Origin: Lingula anatina
Taxonomy: Eukaryota > Animalia > Brachiopoda
NCBI GenBank assembly: GCA_051362555.1
Contig: CM120641.1
Location: 13,888,001-13,952,000 of the forward strand
Length of the DNA stretch: 64,000 nt
Direction: 5' to 3'
In this document: positions 27,277-40,106 of the stretch, in pieces
Layout of the letters: every line of letters begins with the position of its first letter
How positions within the stretch are numbered: position 1 is the first letter of the stretch
Program-made: the position numbers and the translations under genes
The notes under the pieces: model-generated
What the model was told of the DNA's origin: nothing
What the model saw: the letters and a program-made list of their open reading frames with translations, nothing else
The model's database searches: none

Positions 27277-28087
27277 CCTGGTATGCCAGTGCTGCCACTT
27301 TGTGGCCATACTTACTCAACATCATGGAGAACATGGTTTCACAGCACGTGATGAAAGTGCTGTAGTCCAAAAGCATGTGACCAAATATGTTGTACATGAG
27401 CTGGGCATAGGCAAAGAAAAGTACAAAAAACACAATGCCAAATGTAATCATGGGTTTGCCAGCCTCTTTCAAAGTGACACCGATGATGGACATTCGTTTG
27501 TTGAACCGCAGCAGACGCATAGACTTCAGAACTGCTAGGAACACCAGGATGGCCAGGAAGTAGCCATACATCTGAAAGAAAAAGACGTCTTAATATAGAA
27601 TGACTATTTTTCAAAAATGCACATCAATTTTAAATCAAGCCATGATTTGCCTGAAAAAAAGGGAACAAGGTCACAATATTTAAGTGTGGGTAATAGATAA
27701 GCTAATGTATGAAGCTAATGCATTAAGTCTTAGTAAAGTATTTTTTATCCCTTACCTCATCCCAGTAGCCAACATACTGGAAGTTGACAAATTTGTGTTT
27801 ATTCTTCTTGAACTCTGAAGATGTGAAGTTTCCAATGAGCAGGCGGTACATGCACATCACTATAGCCAACACCAGACATACAACCACTGTGAACTCAACA
27901 ACATTCCAGAATTTCTGAAAAAAAAAATCATGATTACACATGAAAGGAGATTTATAACTTTAGAGTGATACCCACTGTTTACATTATAACAATATTTACA
28001 AAAGCACTTGAGTAGAGTGCAGATTTCTGCCGAGGCAGCTCAATTCTCATCATTTTTTCTGAAAAATTTATTAATTTATAAAATTTC

Positions 28088-28124
<37 letters not shown>

Positions 28125-31100
28125 ATCATATAGCATACATACATATACAAAAAATATAGTATTTCTTTAAATATTTCTATACTAAGAGCGTACATATATG
28201 TACTATGGTTTTTTAACACACACACGCACACCTTCTTACATAATATACTGTATTAAAATGAAACCCTATATACATAATATATCATGAAAACCTCACTTCA
28301 TTTTATTTATCAATTTAATCACCAAAACTTAAGTCCATTTCTGACCTTTTCTGAGAAAGTTATCAAATTCTGTCCATAACTTTTTCAATTAGCCTGTTAG
28401 CTAACAAACCAACAAAAGCAGAAACATCTCTGGCAGAGGTCGATAGTACTAATAGATACGGAGATATGCTCTTCTGAAAATTGATTCCAGACTCTCTCTC
28501 TGCTTCACTCAACCGAGTAATATTCAAAACCAAATCAGTTATTTTATGCAAAAAAAAAAGTCAGCTGGTTTCCACTGTTCAACATATATGTATACACATC
28601 ACTGAAGCAAATGAATGCTAGGATAACATCAGCATATCTACCTCCTTTTAGCAACATTTAAGTCCAGTACTCACCTTGAAATATTCTCTCCTTTCTTGCT
28701 TGATAAGTCTGATCTCCCTGACCAGGAAATAGATGATAAAAATTATAGTGATCAGCTCACAAGCCATCACTACAAACATGTACGTGCCATAGTAACGGTC
28801 AAGACGGAGAATCTGCACCTTGTAGAAAGGCCAGGCACCTGAATTCAAAAAGACATAAAAGAATAAATGGCAAAATAAGCACCATATGGTCTTACATATA
28901 TATTTGACGTGTGCGTATGTGTGAGTGTACATCAAACTCAAGACTTTAGGAATCATGAAGGAATCATGAAGTGCCTATCCAGCTGAATTGAAAAAATGCT
29001 TAATTAGTGAAGCTTTCAAATATAAAGACACTTCACTAAATCTAGGGGTAACATCTCTACAGCTGTGGATTCAACTGTTATTAAAATATTTGTGAATTAA
29101 TAACTATCACTTCAAAGCTCTTTAAAATTGTTACAAAGACTGAATTATTTGACTTTAATTTTCATTTTCTTGTTGCTGAAAAAAGTACATGCCAACTAAA
29201 TGGAAAAAAAAAACATTTAAAACAGAAAGTTCACAATAAATATGCTCACCTCCACTCTCTGGGAACTCGATGGCAATTGAGGAAATAGCAAAAAGGTTGA
29301 CATTGGGATTCCACACAACAAACTCCACAAACAGAGCTCTGGCATATCTGTCTACCCAGCGGTTATCATACAGTTCTTTGATGGCTGTTCTGGCAGACTC
29401 CATAGAGGTTCCTAGCTCTGCCACATACCCTCCTCCACCATACATGGTGAGGAGCCCAAACACTGGGTAGCCATCTGTCTCACCACTATCCCGGAAACGC
29501 CAATAGTTATCTGCTTGCATAGTTGGATCTGGGAATGCAAATATATCTAGTTGGTTAAATATACAAATATTCAGAAATTTTATAATAAATTTGACAATTA
29601 AAAGGCTAGAAGATATTAGATATTCTCTTTGAATTTGGCTCTTACGTAAAACTTGCAAAATAAAAAGAGTGATAAATATGGGTGTACCAGAGGTATTGAG
29701 TGGTTTCCAACCCTTCTGGTAGCTGTCCTCATCTTCACCAAACATGCTGTAACTTTCACGACACTCCTTCAACATTTTACTAATGGGATAAGCACATTTT
29801 CCTGAAAAAAAAATCATGTCCATAACAGACCACATTAGAGCATCACCATATATCATAAAACAATTCTATGATATCAAACAAAGTACACCACAACAATGTT
29901 AACCAATTGTCATGCATATTTGTTTCCAGCAAAACATGTAAAAACCCACAGGATGCATAAAATAATGATTTCTTATCACTTCTATACAGAGGATACTAGG
30001 CTGAGACAAAACATTAATTTGTGCTCAACAATTTATAAGCCAATTTGACCACCATTCCATTTGGACAACAAATCAACAATATGTTTTTAAGTAACACAAG
30101 CACTTACCAGGTTTGGTTCGGACCAGACGCAAGCGAGGTGCACCAACACGATAAGACTGGTAGTCTGCCAAAAAGCCAGTGAGGAAACTCTGGTCTTGTC
30201 CATCATAAAACTTCTCAGAGAAGATTCCTGGTATGACAGTCTGGTTGATGTACTTCCATACATCACCTTGAGTGCGTACCTGAAAGTAAAGAAATAAATG
30301 CATGCAAAAATAGTTATTAATTAAAATAAAACAGTAATATGAATTCGTCAAAAATCATTTTTCGCTTCAAAACAACTTTATAAAAGTGACTACAAAATGT
30401 GCAATTATGAAAAAACTTTTTCTTTGAGAAATAACTTCCACTGTTTTTTTTATAAATTGTAAAAATCACTACACTTGTTAATAATTAAGACACTGAATTA
30501 AGGTTTACCGAGCCGAGGGCAAATCCATCAGGCTGATGAGATCCCTTGGAGAAGACCTCCTCCACATTTGAGTAATAGAAGTACGACCAAGGATCCCTGT
30601 TGCCATAGCTCACAGTAAACAACATGTACAGGAAAAACAAGTACACCAAAATCTCCCGGATAATTTGCATCATGGCCATCTCCTTGAAGCGCTGTTCTCT
30701 TGCCGACTTTAAATACTCTTCATCTGGCGGTTCTGGTGCATACTTGGCCTTGGCAGGAGCCAGTCCCTTGGCAACATCCTTATCAGTGAAGTTCTTGTGC
30801 AGATATTCCTCGTTGCTCTTCAGACCCTCTTCAGGACCAGCATCATCCTCAGTATCAGGGTTTTTAATGATCAAGGCATAGAATACTGCCAGAATGAACA
30901 CCTAGGAATTGAATGACAAATGATAGCAAAAAAAAAAGTGATAACATAAATGGTTCAAATATCCTACTAATGATGAAAATGCTGTTCATCTTGTAAACAT
31001 TTTGGGTAAAAAAAATGAAAATTATACCTTTAAAGAAAAGATACTGACAACATAAAGAAAAGATCCAAAATGTCCATGTTGTTCTATTTCATGACATTAA

Positions 31101-34100
31101 GCCTACAAATAAGACCCCGTTCCCAGAGATTAGATCGGTCCAAACTAGATTGACTTAACTCCCTGGGGGTTCACGCTAAATAGCTGTCAGCCAAGTGGGC
31201 ACAAAAGTTAATTACCACCTTACAGCTTGTAGTAGGCGGGACGGACATTTAAGCCGGATTATCTGACAGTTATCTAGTGAGACTCCCCATGGGGATAGAT
31301 CGATTTAAATGTCTGGGAATACGCCCTAAATTAGTAATTAGGCAGAACAAACAAATCTCAAAATCTACATACCTTAATTGGCTGGGTGAAGCACACAGAC
31401 TCTAGGAGTGAGATGAAGAAAGATGCCATCCATTCCGCAGACTTCTCTGCCCCAAAGGGACCACCAAACTCTGTAGTGAAATAAATAGAGACAACCACAC
31501 TAATGAAGCAAACAACATAACCAATGTAGATGCCCCACCATGGGAAGCGGAAAGCAGTTTTCTTCTTTTTCTTGTCTTTTTTCTTGTCTGATTTTTCATC
31601 CTCTTTTGGTGTAACTGGTCTCTGTGGTGCAGCGTCTGGCATTCTGTTGTAGCTGAGGAGTGTTGGCTCTGGAGTTCCTGTCATTAGAAGTCGATGCTGA
31701 TGATCACCAGTTTCCAAAAACTCCTTCTGATGTTCTAGTTCTCGATCTAATGCCGAGTTGATGTTTGCCGTTGGTGGGCGCCATTCGGATTCAGTGATGC
31801 TCTTCTTCGGCTTCTCCTTGGAGAGTCGGAAAAGTTGGACAATCAGTAAGTTGATGGGGAACACAATTAAACTGGCAATGATTCCTGTGATGATACCTTC
31901 TAGTGTAAAACTGAAGGGTCCCACTTTGTAGGTCTGTGGTGTTGTATTACTGTCAGCCTTGTAGAACATGATGTTGGACAACATGGTGGTAAACAAGAGT
32001 GACAACACACAGGACAAGCGCTGAACACGAGTGAATTTGCTCCTGCGTGGGCGTGTGAAGATGGAAAACCAGATGTGGCCATCATACAGATTCTTCTTGG
32101 TTTGTGTCCAGAACAAATGATTGAATTGGGTCAGTTCTTCTTTGCCAGCAAGTGGAATAACACGATCAATCTGGAAAATAACAATTAATGCTATGTAACT
32201 TTTCAAGCCAAATAATGAAATCCAATCTTTTAAAATAAATGTTCCACAATATTCATGGAGATATATCATGGCATATTGTCATTCATTCTGTTTTCTGTAT
32301 CTTTATTCACTTGATGTGTACTCATATTTTCATAGACATTAAAACAATTTTCTTGCACTACCTTTTAACAAAATACCACTCATGTATCCAAAACCATTGT
32401 TACAATACAGTAAGAAAAAATGTAATTTATGTACTCACCAGGCCATCATCTTCTTCAACAGCAAACCAGCGATCACAAATGAAGAAGAACTTTTGTTTGG
32501 TCTGAAGATCTGTCACCTGAAGCCTGCTGAAGAACCACGATGGACTCTTGCCAGAGTTGTCATGCCACACCCTGTATTATATCAAGTCAAACTGTTATAA
32601 AAGTTGCCACACCCTGTATTATATCAAGTCAAACTGTTATCAAAGTTGCCACACCCTGTTTTATATCAAGTCAAACTGTTATAAAAGTTGCCACACCCAA
32701 GTCAAACTGTTATCAAAGTTGCAAGTTCAGTCAGATAAAAAACATTTTCACTCTTACCAGTTTCCTGTGGAACATAAGAACATAATAAAAGCAATGCTGA
32801 ATTAAAGACACATTTTAAAAATGTCCAGCACTCTACTGGCAATTTAAAATGGACTGTATGACTCTAGTACTGTTTTAAGTCATACCTGATATGTGCCAGT
32901 TGCCCAAGTGGGCGTGGACATGCCATCAGGAAACAATCCACACCTCCACGTTCAAACACTCTTCTCCTGTCATCATCAATCAGGCGTGGCTCAGTCTCAT
33001 CCTCATCTCCTGTAAAGACCATGCTGACTTTAGCGGTGGTGCCGCCTCCACTCCTTCCTCCTGTGTACACCAGCAGTTCATACAGGTACTTGTGACGTGG
33101 ATCATTATCTGGCAGAGGTGACGTCCCTGCCTATAAAAAATATGAGTAACACCGATTGAGAGGTGGAGTACAGTAGCATCTTGTTTTTTTTTCTTTTCTA
33201 TCTATCCGAAAGTTGATATTATTCCCAGAAGATAACGCATACTTTAAACACGCTGTGACGTCTATGCCACTTGACAATTATTACTGCTTCTCTCAAACTG
33301 CAAGTTAATACACTATTTTTGTGTACATAGCATGTCCAGGGATTATTTCATTTTTTGGATTTTACATGAATTATTTCAGGCAGGTATATTACTTAATTTG
33401 GTGTAATACTCTTTTAAATATGGATGAGCAAAATCCAAAATCCAAAGATCAACTTGGTACTCAGAAAAATATAAATCTAATTTTAACTATGACACTCATA
33501 CCTTAAGTTCATCAATCTTATCTTGTTTTCTTGCCCAAATGCACATCACCATATAGAAGCACACAATGCCAATCATGGTGGCAAAGATAATGGGGTTCTC
33601 GTCCAACTTATTGAAGGCAGAGTCTGTGAAGTCAATAGTGTTCATAGGGATGGAGAAACCTCCACCAAACCAACTCTGAAAGAAAATAATGGTGGTTAGA
33701 AATACATGAAACCACAGCTGAAACAAATTATATAATTATACAGATTGATTCTGCATACTATTTAACTAAAATCATGCTGAATTTTTCACAATAAAGCCCA
33801 CTTTGAGTCACTTTTATAAAATTATTTAAAGTTTATTTGTTGCATAATCTTACAATAAATCTAGAAAGTATTTTGCGACAGCAGAATAGTATTAATTTTA
33901 GCAATACTTGATAAAATTTAATTGTGCAGCTGTCACTAGCGCAGCAAGTAGCAGTGAAGACAAGGTATATATCACTGCCACATGAAAGTTGAACCACACC
34001 TTTGAGGCTGCCTTCTTAGGTGTTGCTGCCACAGAGGTGCCACCTGACGAGGTGCCACCTGACGATGTGGTATCTGATGTGGCACTTTCATCTTCAGCTG

Positions 34101-37100
34101 GGTCACTTAGATGGTAACAGATACACTGAATAGAGTCCACTGTGGTTAATGGACCAACCTTTATTAAAAAGAAGAACAAAATTAGAACAAGGTTTTCATA
34201 TATCAAATATCATGGTGGTAATCAATAAACTTAAACTTAAGCAAGAAACCCACTTTCTAACAAACTGCCTCATAGTCAAACTAAAAATGATTTCCTTTGT
34301 TTTTCATTCAGTTGTTCAAAATCTTGTTCAAACCTTCAGACTAGCTATTAGATAACTGTAACAGATACATATAGCAGCACATTACAGATAAATATATCAT
34401 ACATTTTTTGGTCATTGTCAACTGGCTTATTTATATAAAGTACGCCTAAATATAACATAATTAAAGACAGTTCCATACAAATATAGTGTGACAGAATTGA
34501 ATACTAATATTACAATCTACTTAATATCATTTGGTTTTTAATTCATAAGACTTACTTCACAGCCATCAGACACAAAAGCTTCCTTCACATCACTCCAATA
34601 AACGCAAGTGGCAAAAAAAGTAGACGTTTGATATCCAACACCCGTTTCTGTCAAATTTTCTGAAATCATATTTGAGATTTGATAAACATGGACCATGATT
34701 CAAAGACATCTAACTGAATACGTGATGCAGCTATTAGCATTTTCAAATTTATAGGTTACATAATGTATTTCAGATTGTAAAAAACAACACAATAGACGCG
34801 ATGATGTACTTACTACAGACTAAGTGTATAAAACCTAAAAAATAACTGAAATTTATACAGCTAATTATTTGAACGGAAAAAAAGTTTGATAAAAAAAAAA
34901 TTGCCAAAGAGGTATCACATTTAATTCTGATATCACTTACCATTCCATAATTCACTGGTGTTGTCAATATTCAACCGAACTCCCCAGTACAGAGTATATG
35001 GTTCAGACCTAATAAAACAAAAATATTTACAGTTTAAACATACTTTGTAGTAAAAAATATCCTTATGTGTCTGACAAAAAAATAAAGCTTCACGTATGTC
35101 TTATGGCATATTTGAAATACAATTTAACTTTGGAATCCAGAAAAGCTTCAGCAAAACTAAGACCATCAACTGTAACATTCATATTTCAGGATAATTTTAA
35201 AAATAAACACAACCATTAAATCACATTTATATGGTATAGTATTTCTGAAGCTCAATGTAGTAGTTTTATTCAAAATCTTACTGGTTAATCCAGCTGCCAG
35301 GAATATAACACGTCCATGGATCTGGAGGGATCCCGTAGTAGTATCTGTTACTGGTGTCATTCAGGTCCCCAATATCATCTTCAGTCCTGGGCACAGAGCA
35401 GTTGAAATCATGGTCCTCTTCTGTGGGACGTCTGTTCACTCCAACATAGACCATGTAGGAATAATTGGCAGGGGTCTCCAAAGTTTCATTCAATGTGGTA
35501 CTATTAGAGTCCAAGGAGGAATTTGATACGGAGAGGAGTCTACGAAGGGTTGCTGAGGATGAAGAGTTTGTGGATGAGGATGAGGAGTTGGTGGCGGTAG
35601 TGTTGGAAATTGAAGTATCGTCAGTTTCATTACTTGGGGGAGGTGGAGGGTCCCAGTAGGTGCATAAAATAATGGCAGCTGCATAAGCCGGAGATGACAC
35701 TTTGTGAACGACAAACTTCTTGCTAGTTGGGGTTGTATAATTTGTGGAAACCTCTGGCATTTGTGGATTTTCCACTATGATCACTAGGACGACTGGTACA
35801 TCCAATTTTGTAGCATTAATTGTGCTTCCAGCATCATCAGTCATGGACAAAGCAACCAGTCCAGTGGTAGGAGCTGTTGGGGCACTTGAGGAGTTGCTGC
35901 TATTGCTACTAAATGGATTGGATGTCATGCTTGTCATCTGAAAATACACAGACTTAATGTGATCATTGTGTAACATCAACATGGTATTGCGCATGTGCTT
36001 GGTATGGCCAGAGTAGCAACTGGAAATATATGGGTAGGGAATACCTTCTGCGTTCCACATGATTGGCCTTATTTTTTAGCATGATGCTTTATTTGAGCCC
36101 AATATTCTGCGTGAAACGTGATTCAGGAATTCTTGGTGATTGACCCGAATATATCTTCGTTATTGGTGATTGAGCTGTTTTAATTCTTGGTGATTGGTGA
36201 TTAAGGGGGGGGGGGGAGGGGGGGGGTATTCCCTACCCTCATATACCTATGCATCAATTATCAGGAAATCTTCCAGGTAATTTGACAAAAGCATAAGACA
36301 AGTCCAAAAAGTCACATATATTTCAAGATATCTTATTGTTGGTCCTGACTGCTGAGCATCATAAAAACAAACACAATCATTTGATTCAAACTGGTAGAAT
36401 ATACAGACACAAATGCAGAGATTTTATGTTGCACAATGTGAGTGCAAATGCGGAGCAGCATAAGATAATGTGATCTATATAAGAAATACATTTTACATGG
36501 TGGTGGGGGCAATTCTTTCTTAAATCATTTTCAAAGCTCTGTGTTGCAGTTTTACTCAAAATTACCTTAATGGAGAGAGTGGAGGAAGTCTCATTGCCAG
36601 TTCCAAGGAAGTTTGAGGCAGGTGGAAAGTTGATTTTTGTGTTACCAGCAGACTGTGAATCTGATAATAAATGAAAGAATAAAAATGATTGTCTACTTAT
36701 TCAAATCAATTCATAAACAAACATGACAAAATATAGCATACATGTAAACTAAGTACTCCTTGTTTTCTCAAGAGACAATCTAAAATTCAAGTGTTTACTA
36801 AAATGTAAACTCACTCATGTCTTCTGGATATATCCTGGTGATATTGGTATTCATGCTGGACGAGTTCACTGTGATTGGAGGCTGACTGGTAACCATGACA
36901 CTGGCCAGCAGATCAGTCACATCGTCCATTACAGCAAACAGTCTCTGCAGATAACATAATTACAAAAGATGATCATATCTTTTATACACTGACATACTTG
37001 TGTGCATGTGTCTGCACACAGGTAGAGAAAATATTTTATTTTTACTCATCATAAATTACTTAATTATAAATATCACTGAAACCATCAGTTACATGTCATC

Positions 37101-39212
37101 AAGGGTTGTGCAAACATCATTTTCTCCGTTTTAATGCAAAGAAGCAACCCGACTCAGTAAAAAGTTTGCTTAAATTAGTTCAATATTTCAATATTCCACA
37201 CCAGAACGAGCCTACAAAAAGATATAGATACAAGGCACAGGCATACTCCACCCATGTGCTGTCATCCCAGGTATCACTTCAATAAGGTGATATCAGGAAA
37301 ATCTTCTAAGATCTATTGACCAGTATGTTTATAAATGTAAGTACATATTTGCAATAATAAAAACAAAATCTTCAACTTACGGTATTCAGGGCATTGATAT
37401 CACTTTGCAGAACATCACCACTCTAGAAAAACAAAAATTTCTTTTCAGTAGATTGAAAAAATGTCAAAATATGTTATATAATCACTGACTTTGGCTGAGG
37501 ACAATTTGTTGCTTTACTGACCTCTGAAAAGTAATGTTGACTGAGGCACAGCTGAAGCTGATAATTTTTTATTATCTAATTTAATACAGTGTAATTATTC
37601 CATAAATATATGTGAAGCAAATGGGAAACCAATTTTCATATTTTATTGACAGCTACAACTCAACTTTGCATCAACATCTGGTTGTGCCATTGCGCAACAA
37701 TGGGAAAGGGGTGTCAAAGGTAGAAAATGTCTTTACCTTTTGCAAATTGTCCATATTCAAGTTGAAAATTAAAAAAGATTTGAAATAATTTTTGACAACT
37801 GCTTATAGTGATCAAATTCAAGTACTTTTCAAGGACAAAAATGACAAAATAAAATTCCCTTATAGCAATTTTAAGTACTTTTCAAGACCACAACTGAACT
37901 CCAAGGTACTGAACTAAATTTAAGCCTGTACAACCCTGCCAAATACACATGCATCTAAATATATGACTCATTAATCCAATTAAATTAACCCTGATCATTT
38001 TTATGATCATGTATAATACATATGCTAAATTAAATTTGTTACATGACTTACAATTTTAATTGACAGATAGTAATTAAAATATAAAATCAGCGTATTACAG
38101 GCATTGAAACTTCGCAAAAAAAGCTTTACTTCTTACCTTCCCAAGAGTTTTTAGTACCACTGTCAAGGATCCTTAAATAATGAAAACAAAATTACCATTT
38201 TGCACATATTTGTATTTGTAAGATTGTCTTTGGCAAGCTGTACAGTTCCATTAAGAACATAGGTATATATTATGTGGAAATGAAAAAAAATTATGTCAAA
38301 CTACATATGTATAAACAAAAGATTTCTGCCTAATAGCCAAGGTTAATCTTTAAACATTTGACATATCCTGAACAATAATTCAAAAAAGTAAGCAAACCAT
38401 TACAGTGACTGTAACATTAGAAATTACACCAGTCTTTCATAAGATCAAATAAAATAAAATCAACAAACCAATAATCTCTTGGATCATCTGGCAATTGGGC
38501 ATCAATACAGAGGGCTCCATGTCATCTTTGTTATCATACAGTACTTGATATGCAGATTCAGTGAATGTTGTAATACTGGCCTAGAAAGTAATGAAAATAA
38601 AATTCAAAGTAACCATCCTTGATTACATAAATGAGTCTTTAAAACAAATTTTGTATCATAAAATTCTATTGCATGTGTAGCAGTAAAGTTTCAAGGTGCT
38701 TCAACAGCATTTGGTTATACTAGGATCTCATAGGTCAGACATGGACTGGGGTATCTTAGGTGTATGGAAATTACTTACCACAGCATCATAGGTAATCTCA
38801 TTAGTAATCTGAACTATGCTTGCCACTCCAGATATAACAAGACGAGTGATAGATAAACTGGTCACAGTCAGATCCCCTATAACTTGACAAATTTCAGTAC
38901 GGATCTGGAACAAAAATCAATATATATCATTATTTCATGGATTGCTCAGGAGTTAAAGAGAGATGTACAATGCAAATTTATGTTGAGATTGCCAAAATAT
39001 GTTAAACAAAAAATATCTAGTGATAGCTTTGAGATAAAAACAATCAGTTTGCCTGGGAAAAATCTCATTAAAAACTGATCTAAATTGTGATTGGGAGTTT
39101 CTGACTTATCAATATCTGAATAAGAATATTTTATGAGAATTGCATGACTGTATTTTTTTCAGTTTTTCTTTTACCTTTCTTTTCTCCACTGGAAATATAA
39201 AATTAAAGCAAA

Positions 39213-39269
<57 letters not shown>

Positions 39270-40053
39270 CGCGCGCGTGCGTGCGTGTATCTGACATATC
39301 TTTCTCCAGAGCAATAATCAAGTTGAAATCTTTATTTGACCTAATCTGTAACCTGCAATGCTTATTAAATAGCAGTCAATCCCATGCTCCTTATAGATGT
39401 ACATAGATGGTGTGTGTTTCAAGTCTTTTCTTGATTAAAAGAATGGCATATGGGATGAAAGAAATTAAGTTAGCAGCTGCTTATACCTGTGTCCTTAGTA
39501 CTAGCCAAGCATTGTATCCAGTGTTATATTCGAGTTGAAGACTGGAAAGGCTATTTTGGTGGGTGGTGATTTCTCCATTTTGTGCATCTGTGCGGTCTGC
39601 CTCAGGCACCAGCAGCAGCTCACTGAGGGTAGCATTGGTGGCCTGGATTGCTGTGAAAAAAAAAAGAAAAATCTCCAGGAGTTGAAAATAAGGTTTTGAG
39701 GCACTTGTAAATTGGGAAAGTGCTCTTTGTAACTTAACTGCCCTAAAAAATTGCCCAAAGTGTAAATGTACTTCAAATTCATTTTACCCTGCACACACGC
39801 TTTAAAATTAAAATTCTTTCAACAGGAAAAATTATACAAACTCTATAAAACTGGTAATATTTTCCACTTGACACTTGAATTGCTTTGGAAATCACTGACA
39901 GAATTCATAAAGAAACTGGTACAAATGCTATAACTTTTTAAAGCTTATTTTCCAGAATTTACCAGTTAAAAATAAAAAAAAATCTTTTCAGTCTACATAG
40001 TCATATGAATGAAAAATATCATTTCCAATTCAAAAATGAAAGCTCCCAAACCA

Positions 40054-40106
<53 letters not shown>

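Noticed and set aside
37101-37938. Possible TIR pair (AGGGTTGTGCA / TGTACAACCCT) enclosing coding exon 37381-37422
   Set aside because: The match is short and imperfect with no TSD. The MITE-like interior is confined to about 37800-37938, so exon capture is unsupported.
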